64,000 bases of DNA from Eledone cirrhosa (lineage: Eukaryota). This document shows positions 50,873-63,425 of the stretch, in pieces (the first letter of the stretch is position 1; every line of letters starts with the position of its first letter). The stretch is taken from assembly GCA_964016885.1 (NCBI GenBank), contig OZ024741.1:240746001-240810000 (forward strand), read 5' to 3'. The notes under the pieces were generated by a model. It was not told the DNA's origin. It was given only the letters and a program-made list of their open reading frames with translations, and ran no database searches. The translations under genes were made by a program, and so were the position numbers.

Positions 50873-53285
50873 ACAGCAGGCTTGGAAAGTATGGCGGGAT
50901 GGGGGAAGTAGAGAGGACTATCAAGTGGCCAGGAGGGAAGCTAGGAGACAAGTGTACTTAGCAAGAAGGGAAGCTGAGGAAAGAAAGTTCAAGCATGTTC
51001 TACAACGCGATGACCAAAAACGTGAGGTGTTCAGGATTGCTAGGCAATGCGTCAAGGAAAACCGTGATATTGTCGGGGAGAAGTGTGTACTAAACGACGA
51101 TGGCACACTTGCCATCACCGACGCTGATAAGAAGGTAGCTTGGAAGTGTCACTATGAAAGGCTTCTAAATGAGGAGAATAATTGGGAGAAAGGCAGTCTC
51201 CCCCATATCGACCCAATAGAGGGACCAGCAGTGTTAGTCGAGGGGAGTATAATAAGTAAGGCAATCAAGGATATGAAGACTGGTAAGGCGGCTGGGCCTT
51301 CGGAAATAGTTGCTGAGATGCTGAAGGCATCTGGCACGGTGGGACACACCATGGTCACCCGCATAGTTAACCAAGTCGTACAAAACGGGGTTGTTCCGAA
51401 GGACTGGCATAGCAGCATCATCGTTAACTGTTATAAGGGTAAAGGAGACGCCCTAGATAGGAGTAACTATAGAGGCATTAAATTAATCGACCAGGTCATG
51501 AAGGTCACGGAAAGAGTAATAGCGCAGCTAATCAGAGAGAGAATTGACCTAGATGAAATGCAGTTCGGGTTTGTGTCAGGCAAAAGTACCACAGACGCTC
51601 TTTTCATAGTACGACAACTACAAGAGAAGTACCTAGCTAAAGGTAAACCCCTCTACTTAGCTTTTGTCGACTTGGAGAAAGCCTTCGACAGAGTCCCCCG
51701 CTCCATTATCTGGTGGGCTCTTAGAAAACTAGGCGTTGACGAATGGCTTGTGAGGGCTATACAAGCCATGTATAAAGAAACAGTCAGCAAGGTTAGAATT
51801 AACAACGAATATAGTGAAGAGTTTAGCGTAAAAGTCGGCGTCCATCAGGGCTCTGTTCTCAGTCCACTACTATTTATTATTGCCCTTCAGGCCATAACAG
51901 AGGAGTTCAAGACAGGCTGCCCATGGGAACTCCTATACGCAGACGACCTGACACTCATAGCGGAATCAATGGCCGAGCTAGAGAAGAAATTCCAAACATG
52001 GAAGCACGGCCTAGAGTCAAAAGGACTTAAAATTAACCTGGCTAAGACCAAAGTACTAGTTTGTAGGAAAGAAAACAAGGCGGCGGTCCCTTCTGGGAAA
52101 TGGTCGTGCTCGGTGTGTAGGAAAGGCGTAGGTAGAAACTCCATTTTATGTCCTAAATGCAAAGTATGGGTGCATAAAAGATGTAGTGGGATCACAGGTA
52201 GGCTAACTAAGAACATAGATTTTACATGTGGCCGGTGCTCTGGTGCAATAAGTAGCAGCAAGTGCCCACAAACTACTAGCTCTTTCAATTGCGCAGAGGG
52301 TTCTATAGAAATAGTGGACAGCTTCCGTTACCTGGGCGATAAAATCAGCAGTGGGGGAGGGTGCTCTGAAAGTACTGTAGCTAGAGTCAGAACTGGTTGG
52401 AAAAAGTTCAGAGAGCTTATACCACTATTAGCTGCTAAAGGGTTCTCACTAAAAATGAAAGGCAGGTTGTACGATGCCTGCATACGAACAGCAATGCTGC
52501 ATGGCAGTGAGACCTGGGCATTGTGTGCAGAGGATATACGCAGACTAGAGAGGAACGAAGCTTGCATGCTCCGCTGGATGTGTAACAGTAATATACGTGA
52601 ACGGCAAAGCATAAACGAACTAAGGAATAAATTAGAGATAAGAGGGATCAGATGTTGTTTACTCGAGAGAAGGCTACGTTGGTATGGACACGTGATGCGC
52701 ATGAAAGTCGATAGCTGTATAACAAAGTGCAGGGCAATAAAGATAGACGGTAGTCACGGAATAGGCAGACCTAGAAAAACCTGGGACGAGCTGATAAACT
52801 CCGACATCACACACTTACACCTCTCCAAGACAATGTCACTGGACCGAGACCTTTGGCGGTACTCAGTAACAGAGAAGACCCGCCTTACCTAAATATATAG
52901 TAAAACCTACTCCAGCCAGTAGGCATCTCTAACAAATACACCCCGTCCCACCACCCCCACCCGATCCACACCACCCCGTTCTATGTAAAGTTATGTTGGT
53001 GCCGCGCCATCGAGGCCGAAACAAATGAGATCGTGTAGGTGTCACGACAAAAAACACACAGTCCACGCTGTAATGTGGCCGTGTAGGCAACACGGTAAAA
53101 ACCTCCCAGACCCACACTGTAAATGTGGTTGGTGTTAGGAAGGGCATCCAACTGTAGAAAACCTGCCAGACAGTCCTATGCGAGCAAGACAATCACTCTT
53201 GCCTCAAGTGGGACTACCCCCGTCCAAACCCATGCAAGCGTGGAACACGGACGTTAAACGCTGATGATGATGATGATGATGATAA
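50873..53285 (+). mobile_element. RTE-clade LINE, 5'-truncated (no APE endonuclease), with 3' UTR and (GAT)n tail
   Basis: Open RT frame, 3' UTR shared with 60260-60648 and 61557-61935, tail gatgatgat. Confidence 0.92.
50925..52892 (+). CDS. RTE LINE reverse transcriptase (N-terminally truncated ORF) with embedded PHD-like finger
   Basis: NYRGIKL, QFGF, AFVDLEKAFDRVP, GVHQGSVLSPLLF, YADD, FRYLG, RLRWYGHVMR, GRPRKTW; 655 aa without stop; the listed start codon is probably not the real one. Confidence 0.9.
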   Translation: MARREARRQVYLARREAEERKFKHVLQRDDQKREVFRIARQCVKENRDIVGEKCVLNDDGTLAITDADKKVAWKCHYERLLNEENNWEKGSLPHIDPIEGPAVLVEGSIISKAIKDMKTGKAAGPSEIVAEMLKASGTVGHTMVTRIVNQVVQNGVVPKDWHSSIIVNCYKGKGDALDRSNYRGIKLIDQVMKVTERVIAQLIRERIDLDEMQFGFVSGKSTTDALFIVRQLQEKYLAKGKPLYLAFVDLEKAFDRVPRSIIWWALRKLGVDEWLVRAIQAMYKETVSKVRINNEYSEEFSVKVGVHQGSVLSPLLFIIALQAITEEFKTGCPWELLYADDLTLIAESMAELEKKFQTWKHGLESKGLKINLAKTKVLVCRKENKAAVPSGKWSCSVCRKGVGRNSILCPKCKVWVHKRCSGITGRLTKNIDFTCGRCSGAISSSKCPQTTSSFNCAEGSIEIVDSFRYLGDKISSGGGCSESTVARVRTGWKKFRELIPLLAAKGFSLKMKGRLYDACIRTAMLHGSETWALCAEDIRRLERNEACMLRWMCNSNIRERQSINELRNKLEIRGIRCCLLERRLRWYGHVMRMKVDSCITKCRAIKIDGSHGIGRPRKTWDELINSDITHLHLSKTMSLDRDLWRYSVTEKTRLT

Positions 53286-53487
53286 TGCTGAACAATAATA
53301 CAAATAAGACAAGGTTTAGTAATTAATTAATCCATTGTTTTATGATCATTTGAAAGGGTAAAATAGGCAAAATTATTTATTGGTATATTGACTAATTGAT
53401 AGCAGTTTTGTAACTTCTTAGTATTAGCCTAAAAAAAATACATCCATTCTGCCATTCATTCTCAGAAACTTTTATTTATATATGTAT

Positions 53488-54112
53488 ATATTCGAAGCAT
53501 GTCAGAAAGATTTAGTGTGGTGTGTGAGCTATGAGTGCGGTAGAAATTAGTGGTTTATGTCATGTAATATCTGGGAAGTATATAACTGCAATCTCAGCTC
53601 TCTGCAGCCATTGTATGTTTTTTTTCACGTGCTTTTGTTAACAGCTCTTCAATTTTAGGCCATCAAATGATGGACACAGAGTAACGAACCAGCCTGAAGT
53701 TTCTGGTCTGCATGGGGAAAACTCTGTCTGAAACACTCAGAATATTGCAGCAAGTATAAAGTGATTAGATGATGTAATGCTCACAGGATTTTGAGTGACA
53801 CAAAAGGTGGAAGATGACCCCAGGAATGGAAGACCTTCAACGAGCAAGACTTAGGCCAATGTTGAACATGTGAGGCATGGCGATCATCAGCTAACTGTTT
53901 GACTGATTGCAAGTGAGCTGGGCATGAATTGTGACAGCATTTGGAAAATTATCACTGATGATTTGGGTATACGGAATGGTGCCAAAGCTGCTGAAAAATG
54001 ACCTGAAGGATTGGTGCATGTGGATATGTAAGGACATCCTCAAGTGTCTTGAAACCAAACCAGACTTTTTGGAGTTATCACCAGTGATGAGTCATGGATC
54101 TTTGCGTATGAC
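53488..54112 (+). pseudogene. Mariner-family transposase remnant
   Basis: From 53670: MDTE*RTSLKFLVCMGKTLSETLRILQQVY, EDDPRNGRPSTS, IASELGM..IWKIITDDLG, VPKLL, VITSDESWIFAYD; stops and frameshifts. Confidence 0.85.
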
Positions 54113-54239
54113 ACATTTTCCGGATGGGTCATGACAATGGAGCTTTGGAGGTTTCTGGGAGAATCCTTCCAGGGCTGTAGGGATACATGGCAGAGAAGGA
54201 TGGGAAAGTGCATTACACTTGAATGGGATTATTATTAAG

Positions 54240-54423
54240 GGGCAGTGAATTGGCAGTATTGGTAGAGGGTCAGACATGCTTTCCAGCGTAGTTACATCCC
54301 TTTACGATCTGTTCAAATACCGCCGAGGTTAACTTTGCCTTTCATCCTTACGGGGTCGATAAAATAAAGTACCAGTAATGTACTGGGTAATTGTTGGCCT
54401 TGTGCCTAAAGTAGAAACAATTA
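54240..54423 (+). mobile_element. SINE family B, full length
   Basis: attattaagggg on both flanks. Confidence 0.88.
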
Positions 54424-54550
54424 TTAAGGGGGAAATTTGTAGTTTGGATTTGAAACTTTTTTTGGCAATCTCAATCCTGTTTCTTTTCTGATCTCTTACA
54501 TATGATGTATGGGACAAGTTTCAAGTCAAAATGTTTTTATTCCACATCGA

Positions 54551-54637
54551 ACATTACATACGTTTCATAGATGATTGGCTTGAGATCTTTATCAATGTGA
54601 TAGACCTGACTCCAATATCAATCTGCTCATCAGATGT
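54551..54637 (-). ncRNA. Type I hammerhead ribozyme with long stem II
   Basis: ACAU-CUGAUGA-GCAGAUUGAUAUUGG..AGGUCU AUCA CAU UGAU AA AGAUCU..CCAAUCAUCUAU-GAAA-C GUAU G-UA^AUGU; stem I only 4 bp. Confidence 0.6.
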
Positions 54638-54684
54638 GTAGATTCATATATATTACCAATTAAATATAACCAGCCAAGTTTTCA

Positions 54685-54743
54685 ATATATGCAAATGAGC
54701 ATTTCCAACCAATGTTTTCTTTTAGATATATGCAAATGAGCAT
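54685..54743 (+). promoter_or_regulatory. Duplicated 18-bp motif containing the octamer ATGCAAAT
   Basis: atatatgcaaatgagcat at 54685-54702 and 54726-54743; CCAAT nearby; function unproven. Confidence 0.4.
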
Positions 54744-54814
54744 CTCCAGAAAATGATCATTATGCCAAATTCTATATAGATTCTAATCTATTTCCTTGCC
54801 AGTACAGATTGTGT

Positions 54815-54867
54815 GAGTGACACTGATGAAAGATTCATAAATCTTGAAACAATGTTGTCTGACATTC
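54815..54867 (+). ncRNA. Type I hammerhead ribozyme
   Basis: GAGUGACA-CUGAUGA-AAGAUU CAUA AAUCUU-GAAA-CAA UG UUG-UC^UGACAUUC: 6-bp stem II, GUC site, stem I 7 of 8 pairs. Confidence 0.72.
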
Positions 54868-55881
54868 TCAAAACCTACTGGCAACTCTGTGATATATTCA
54901 CAGAGGAAAATAGAGAACAATAAAAGTTTTTTGTGACAAAAATATTTTGACATTTTTTTTTTCAATAGCAAGGATACCCATGTGTTTAAAGTATATAATA
55001 CATGTTTATATGTGTCTTCATATACACCTATATTATATTTAAATGCTGTCTTAGTGTTACTTCCAATCATATATATATATAAAGATATTTCCATGTGTAT
55101 AAATCATAATCTTGAAAATGATCCTAAATCTTGTTTATTTCTGTAATAACAAGTTTTTACTGACAAAAAAAAAAAAAGTGGCCAAATTATATACCCCCCC
55201 CCCTCCATTTAGCCAAGGAGGGAAAGGCATTACCCATGACCCCATATTTCTTCAGGGTCTCTGAGACTAGTAAGAGGAAAGGAGGAGGTTAGTCTCAAAC
55301 TGGAGGCTTACCTCCTGAATGCTTGCTACAGAATGAACTATTCTGAAGGCACATAAGGGCTCAGTGCTGGTAATAAACTGGGTGTGATTAAGTCTGCCAC
55401 ACAGGAACTCATAACATGTAGGGCCAAAATAGATAGCTCAAATTGTCTTGTGTGATGCTCTAACAATTCTACCATTTCACTACTTTGTGTGTTTTAGAGT
55501 TAAATATGTACGTCACTGCTGCAACAACACAGTGCTCCCCCTGTCTATAGCTGCGTACACCTAGTCACGCCTATTATTGTTTGTCTCTAATTAATCTACA
55601 CAATAAATAGAAAGGATTCTTGCTAATTACCTGCCATATTATGAATTTCCTCATAGTCTTCATGTTCACCCTGATTCCAGACACGTCCACCATCTTTGTG
55701 TGTGGACAATGTATCAGTGAGATAGTTGGGAACAATAGCAACACTCTGTGCCTCCACATCTCCTCCACATGTCACACTTACAGGGTAGTTATACATCTTT
55801 GATTTGGCCTGCTGCAAAAATTGGACAATATTTCTGCCAGTGAAAATGGCAAACATTGTGTTAAATGAGATAGAGAAGGTG

Positions 55882-55994
<113 letters not shown>

Positions 55995-56086
55995 TTATAA
56001 AATTATTTCCTTATTGTATTATTTTATTGTTATTATTTGGTTTGTTTCTGGTTTGAATTTAACAAGTAAAAATAAATAAATTAATG

Positions 56087-56117
<31 letters not shown>

Positions 56118-56514
56118 GATAAAGTACTTTGTTAAATTAAAGTTAATTTTTTAATTATAAAATGCTAATTGGTTGCAGATTTTGTTTCTGCTGGTTTTGA
56201 TAGCAATAAGGATTAATCTTGAATAATCAAAGTTTTCTCATAAATCTCACATTTTTCCACAGTAATTCAACTTTTCCATTCTCTCTCTCTCTCCCTCTCT
56301 CTCTCTCTCTCTAAATATATCTATATATCTTTTTGTCATTCTATTTCTACTCTCTTCTCTCTATTTGTATCACTCTCATTGTTTCTGCATTGACAAAAGC
56401 TAAAACTGAACATACACACATCCAAACATATATGCATACCCACATATGCATACCCACATATGTATACCCACATATGCATACATGCTTAAATATATAATGA
56501 AAGCTCAACCACGT

Positions 56515-56597
<83 letters not shown>

Positions 56598-56958
56598 TGC
56601 ATACATTCATGTACATTTATATATGCAACTGATAATCAATACACAAAAACTACTATGCATACACACATACCATCATTTAAACAAAAGATCTCACATATAT
56701 ATAAACATGGTTGTGTGCATGTATGTGTGCAAGTTTTTACATGTTTTTACATAAAGGTATATATTTTTACATAAAGGTATATATTGTTATATGTAGACAT
56801 GTATATGTGTGCATATATATACTTTATATATATGTATATATATAAAACAAAGCAAGGTTTCACACACACACACACACACATACACACACATGAAAAAGGA
56901 ATCAGAAATAACAAAGCAAACAGCACAATACAATGAATAAATATATTAGTTTAATGCT

Positions 56959-57110
56959 TGAAATAATAGGAAAAGAGTCTTAACATTTCGGACACTAGTC
57001 CTTCATCAGAAGATAAAATAAGAAATAAATGATGAAATAATAGGAAAAGAGTCTTAACATTTCGGACACTAGTCCTTCATCAGAAGATAAAATAAGAAAT
57101 AAATGATGAA
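56959..57110 (-). ncRNA. Tandem pair of ultra-minimal hammerhead motifs in a 74-bp direct repeat
   Basis: UCUU-CUGAUGA-A-GGAC UAGU GUCC-GAAA-UGUU-AAGA at 56978-57013 and 57052-57087. Confidence 0.65.
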
Positions 57111-57409
57111 TTAGAAAGTTAAAGAGTGAGAAGTTGGAATTTCTACAAGACAATCTGCTCAAGGCAACATTCCAGGCCTGTAGCTGGAGTAAGCTCCCAG
57201 CAAGATAGAAAGTAGCATGTTGGTGGAATAGTAGAGTAGATAGAGCTATAAAAGTGAAACAAGAGGCCTGGAAAAATGAAAACAGAGAGTAATACCAAAT
57301 AGCTAAGCTCCAGGTATATGTAGCAAGAGGAGACTAACTACTCCTATGATTCTGTGTATTGTAGAATATTGTTATTGCAGTGCTGTGTGTCATTAAAGTG
57401 AAATTCTGT

Positions 57410-57672
57410 TCCCAGCCATCAGGCCAGTGCTTATACCGAGCTTCAATTTTCATTGGTGTTAAGCAGCTGAAAGTGCAAGATTCCCCCCAGACAGGATGCC
57501 AGTCCATTGCAGGGTTAACCCCTAGCTATTGCCTGTACTCCCTTTTAGTTGAATATACTGGGGCAATGGGAAATAAAGTATTTTGTTCAATATCACAACA
57601 CAGCCACCTAATGCAGGATTCAAACCCATGACATTATTATTGTAAGTTCAACACCTTAACCACTCGGCCATG
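57410..57672 (-). mobile_element. Older tRNA-derived SINE
   Basis: ggattcaaaccc..accttaaccactcggccatgc, the reverse of B- and A-boxes. Confidence 0.65.
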
Positions 57673-57941
57673 CACAAACAGAATATAAAACACTTGGAAT
57701 GGTGACCATATGTTTTGCAATGTGGTTAGATAAGTAAAAATATTTGTTTTGAACATAGTATACATACAAATATTTAGGGTAGTACACTTAAGTAATTAGG
57801 GGAATAAATATCCTTTATTGAAATGATAGGAAAAATAATTTTTATGTATGCTTTATTTTTTTTTTCTATGTTTACTTTTATATAGTGTTTTTCCCTTTCA
57901 GTGATTGTAGATTCATGGAATTTTCTCCTCAATAGCATGCC

Positions 57942-58157
57942 TTAACCCTTTAGCATTTAAACCAGTCAAATCCAGCCAGAGTTCTCTCACCTCTTTCCGT
58001 TCAAACTGGCCATAACCAGCCCCTCATACTGATGTTAAAGTATTGTTCTCAAAATAAATAATATCAAAATCTCATAGATTCGATATTATATGAGATAAAG
58101 TGTTTACTGTGAAAATACAATAGTATATATAGAGTAATGTAAATGGTAAAGGGTTAA
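57942..58157 (+). mobile_element. piggyBac-like MITE
   Basis: TTAA-CCCTTTA(g)CATTTA ... TAAATG(g)TAAAGGG-TTAA. Confidence 0.8.
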
Positions 58158-58482
58158 ACATCTGAAATTATGTATTCTGAATCTTTAATATTGATGACCA
58201 AATTACATAAGTGGCCAGTCATTGAATGGGGAAAAAGTATATATAGTAAAAACAGATATTAACCCATTTGATACCTGCACACCTAAAACTGCCTGTGTCT
58301 CTTTGAAACAAAATCACTCATTTTAAAGGGTTCCTATTTAAATTTAAATGTTTCAGCACAATTTGATATAAAAACCTTTTGTTAATTTATGTGATGAATA
58401 CTATCTTAATAATGAAATAATAAATAATTTTAGTAAATCTCTCCAAATGATTTGCTAATTAATTCAAATACAGTGAATGCCA

Positions 58483-58696
58483 TTAACCCTTTACCATTTA
58501 CATTACTCTATATATACTATTATATTCTTTACCTCATAGTTATCTCACATAATATCGAATCTATGATATTTTGATATTATTTATTTTGAGAAAAATACCA
58601 CAACATCAGTATGAATGGCCAATTACAGCTGGTTTGAACAGAAAGAGGTGAGAGAATTCTGGTGGGATATGGCCAGTTTAAATGCTAAAGGGTTAA
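58483..58696 (-). mobile_element. piggyBac-like MITE, inverted copy of 57942-58157
   Basis: TTAA-CCCTTTA ... TAAAGGG-TTAA; internal sequence is a diverged reverse complement. Confidence 0.8.
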
Positions 58697-58872
58697 AAAC
58701 ACAATAATATTTGGGTTAAATAAAATATATGAAATACTAACATGCAACTTCTTTACTGAACCTAAAAATTATCCAATTCAAAATACCAATAAATATTGTA
58801 TGTAAAATAGAAGTGTGACTTGTTATAATTCCTATTATTTCTCTAAGCTATTTTATATATATGTTATCCCAC

Positions 58873-59107
58873 AACCCTTTTCATACCAAACTGCCTGAAA
58901 TGTCCCCTATTTATATAATACAAAACTGTGTTTTAAAGTGTTTATATTTATCTAAAAACCTTTCACCATAAGATTATGTTTCAAATACAAATTTGATATT
59001 GAGAAAGTCATATTACTAAATCTCTCCAAATTGTTCATTATTTTCAAAATAATTTGAAAATCATAGGTAGGTGTTTTTCTTTGGAAACATGGTGACGAAA
59101 GGATTAA
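58873..59107 (+). mobile_element. Second piggyBac-like MITE family (also 58259-58470, 10680-10800)
   Basis: aacccttttcatacc..cctgaaa.. start and gacgaaaggattaa end; shared ttttaaagtgtttatattta. Confidence 0.55.
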
Positions 59108-59308
59108 ATTCTCTAAGCTATTAGATTGGATTCACAAACTCTGTTTATATAACCATTGTCCCAACACATACATTTCTCAATTATTGTATCCTGACTTGGA
59201 ACTGCCCACAACAGGACAACACATCTAGTCCATGCTAGCATGGAAGAAGGGACCTAAAATGATGATGATGATATATATGCAGTTGCTATTCATACATCTC
59301 TCAGTTAT

Positions 59309-59362
<54 letters not shown>

Positions 59363-59481
59363 TAGAACTAGTTGTTGAAATGGCAAGAGCTTAGCTATCA
59401 GGTCCCAACTCTTTACTCTACTACCCAAGTATTAAGTACTCTGTTGAGTAATGGTCTAACTAGTTTTAAACTGGTTCTATC

Positions 59482-59535
<54 letters not shown>

Positions 59536-59596
59536 CAGCGATAATGATGATATATATATATATATAAATGGTTTTATATATATATATATATATTAT

Positions 59597-60648
59597 ATGT
59601 GGCCGGTGCTCAGGTGCAATAAGTAACAAGTGCCCACAGGATACTAGCTCATTCCATTGCACAATGGTTCTATAGAAATAGTGGACACCTTCCGTTACCT
59701 GGGTGACAAAATCGGCAGTGGGGGAGGGTGCTCCGAAAGTACAGTAGCCAGAGTCAGAACGGGATGGAAAAAGTTCAGAGAGCTGATACCACTATTGGCT
59801 GCTAAAGGGTTCTCTCTAAAAATGAAAGGCAGGCTGTATGATGCCTGCATACGAACAGCAATGTTGCATGACAGTGAGACATGGGCATTGTGTGCAGAGG
59901 ATATATGCAAACTGGAGAGGAACGAAGTTTGTATGCTCCGCTAGATGTGTAATAGTAATATACGTGAACGGCAAAGCATAAACGAACTAAGGGAGAAATT
60001 AGGAATAAGAGGGATCAGATGCTATTTACTCGAGAGAAGACTACGTTGGTACGGTCACGTGATGCGCATGAAAGACGACAGCTGTATAAAAAAGTGCAGT
60101 GCGATAAAAATAGACGGTAGCCACGGAGTAGGCAGACCCAGAAAAACCTGGGACGACTTGCTAAACTCCGACCTCACACACTCACACCTCTCCAAGACAA
60201 TGTCACTGGACCGAGATCTTTGGCGATACACAGTAATACAGAAGACCCGCCTTGCATAAGTGCAAAGCGAAACCTACAGTCAGTAGGCACCTCTAACAAA
60301 AATACACCCCGGCCCCACTACCCCCACCCCATCCACACCACCCCTTCCAATGTAAAGTTATGTTGGTACCACAACATCCAGTCCGAAACAAATGAGGTTG
60401 TGTAGGTGTCACAACAAAAAAACACACAGTCCACGCTGTAATGTGGCCGTGTAGGTAACACGGTAAAAACCTCCCAGTTCCACACTGTAAACGTGGTTGG
60501 TGTTAGGAAGGGCATCCAGCCGTAGAAAACCCGCCAGACAGTCCTATACGAGCAAGACAACCAATCTTGCCCCAAGTGGGAAAATTCCCGTCCAAACCCA
60601 TGCTAGTGTGGAAGATGGATGTTAAACGATGATGATGATGATGATGAT
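59597..60648 (+). mobile_element. Second, shorter copy of the RTE LINE with an in-frame stop
   Basis: ORFs 59657-59944 and 59945-60259 match the C-terminus of 50925-52892; TGG changed to TAG at 59942. Confidence 0.92.
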
Positions 60649-61556
60649 ATATATATATATATATAATTCATTTCACCTATTTATCCTGTCTCTACTACTT
60701 TGTCCATATATCTTTGTCATTTATTTTCTCTCCCTGTGGTGCAATTAACTCTCAATGTTAATGATTCTATTACAAAGTCAGATTGCAGCCAAAATAGCAC
60801 CAATCTTCATATTTCGCCACCAAACATAACAATCTACCTTTGAAGTCTTTGCCAAATATTAAAGAAACTTGCCCAAACACCTTCTCTTTCTAATTAGATA
60901 TTTATTTCTTAAGAACTTCTTTTAAGTATATTTCTGTATTTGTAGTTGAGTAGTTGCAGGTTCAATTCCCTTGCATACCACCTTGAGCAAGTGTCTTCTA
61001 TTATAACGTCAAGCTCCCCGAAGGCTTTTGGAATGAACATTTGCAGACAAATACCGCTGTGGAAGATCATCATATATATATGTATCTGTGTACATATATA
61101 TGTGTGTATATATATATATATGTGTATGTCTTTACTATGTATATAAATAACTTCTAGAGAACTAGAACTGTTTCATTCGTATGAAAATAACGAAGCCTAT
61201 ACCTTTTTTTATCCTTGATTACCTCCCAATACAAGTTGAGAATTTACATATTATATATAGGCATTTTTATTCTCCAGCGGATTTTTGTGTGCTAAACTAG
61301 GAGTATACTGGCTATTTCATTTGATTAAATTTGTGAGTATTTTAACATTTTCATATGTTAATTCGTTGATACAATAATTACACTGTTTTCATAGCTTAGG
61401 CTTCTAGCTGAGAATGTTGTACTACAATTAATTAAATGTGTGTGCTCCAAATGGATTTGTTGAGCAAATTGTAAACAATGAGATGGAAATCACTGGCTAT
61501 CAATCTGAACCCTTATGTGTATGTGTATATATATATGTATATATATATATATATAA

Positions 61557-61935
61557 TAAGTAAAACCTACTACAATCAGTAGGCATCTCTAACAAAATAC
61601 ACCTCCATCCCACCACCCCCACCGCCCCTTTCAATGTAAAGTTATGTTGGTGCCACAACATTCAGGCCGAAACAAATGAGATCGTGTAGGTGTCACGACA
61701 AAAAAACACACATTTCACGCTGTAATGTGGCCGTGTAGGCAACACAGTAAAAACCTCCCAGTCCCACACTGTAAATGTGGTTGGTGTTAGGAAGGGCATC
61801 CAACTGTAGAAAACCTGCCAGACAGTCCTATGCGAGCAAGACAATCACTCTTGCCTCAAGTGGGAAAACCCTCATCCAAACCCATGCAAGCGTGGAACAC
61901 GGACGTTAAAGGTTGATGATGATGATGATGATGAA
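61557..61935 (+). mobile_element. RTE LINE 3' UTR-only copy
   Basis: Close match to 52899-53285. Confidence 0.9.
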
Positions 61936-62251
61936 TAATATGTAATATTGCTTCTCTGAGTGATATCTTATCTATTCATTGAGATGTTTAAGTATTAGAG
62001 ACAAATTAACCTTTAATTTATATATATACATATAATACTACCTTCAACTATTGTTATACTTACTATTGTAGAGAGGCAGTACCATAGCCAAAAAGGGTTA
62101 TTTGAGGTGTGGTTATTGCTAGTTGAAAATTATTCTTACTATATATTGATATGTGCATATGTGTGTGTGCATATATATTTGTTTAAATGGTGTATATGAG
62201 TGTGTACGTTTGCCTCTATATATGTCTTCTTGGCAATGTTTCTGGCACCCA

Positions 62252-62314
<63 letters not shown>

Positions 62315-62492
62315 CCATATGAAGCAACTAAGCAGAAACTTTGAAGTCACTGCTGCTTCTCTAATTAGAAAATACATTTCTCCTCTCTCCCTACCAATAT
62401 CGAGTGCTCATTCAATTTATATCTGAATGTTTTAAATACTACATTATTTTAAACACATTTTCTTATATACATATATATACATACATGTATAA

Positions 62493-62615
62493 TAATTGTT
62501 TCTACTTTTGGCACAAGGCCAGCAATTACCCAGTACATTACTGGTTCTTTATTTTATCGACCCCGTAAGGATGAAAGGCACAGTTAACCTCGGCGGGATT
62601 TGAACTCAGACCGTA
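62493..62615 (-). mobile_element. SINE family B, partial
   Basis: Reverse complement of family B 3' part. Confidence 0.85.
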
Positions 62616-62689
62616 AATAATAATAATAAACAAGAAAGACTGTTTAATTTGTCCATCCCTATTTATTTTGTTATACATATTTCGTATAG

Positions 62690-63057
62690 AATAATATTGT
62701 TTATGAATGTGAAGTAAAAATGAGTAGTAAGTCTTATAGACATATTGGTGCAACTTCTACTAGATTTAAGGAAAGGTTGTACACTCATTTAAAAGAGCTG
62801 ATAAAAGATCTAACATAGCCCTGCCAGAACTAGTTTGGTCGCTAAAAAATAAACAAGTAGAATACTCCCTTTCTTGGTCAAAACTTTCACATGCTTTTCC
62901 ATACATAAATGGATCTATATCTAGGGGGTCTGACCTCTGTACTACAGAGACTCTGGGCATCATAAATAGTAGACATAACATTCTTAATAAATACTCTGAA
63001 ATTTTTAATTCTTGTTTACACAAGATTAATAAGACATTTCATAGAGTATATAGTTAA
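62690..63057 (+). pseudogene. PLE GIY-YIG endonuclease domain, one frameshift near 62795-62815
   Basis: NNIVYECEVKMSSKSYRHIGATSTRFKERLYTH / ALPELVWSLKNKQVEYSLSWSKLSHAFPYINGS..DLCTTETLGIINSRHNILNKYSEIFNSCLHK. Confidence 0.82.
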
Positions 63058-63425
63058 AACTTAAATAATGGTAAATAGACCATCAAATAAGTAATTCAAC
63101 ATTCATTAATATTTAGATACATTATAACTTCAACATCAAAGTACAAATATCTAAAATTAGAATTAGTATCTAAGTGAATAGTATCTAATACGAAAAACAA
63201 AAAAAAATAGACTACAGTTCATACATGCCTCACTAGGAATTAAGCACCCAGTCTGATAACTTGATACCCTAGCCAGTTCACAAGCAGCAACGCCAATTGG
63301 AATATCTATCTCCCACATATAAAAACTACTACTTAAACATTTTCGGACTTATGCTTGCTGATCGGTGAAGGGAATAACACATATGACTAATAACATATCA
63401 ATGGATATTTACATCTCATGTGAAC

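Noticed and set aside
55574-55856. Possible transposase fragment
   Set aside because: No motif I can recognise with confidence
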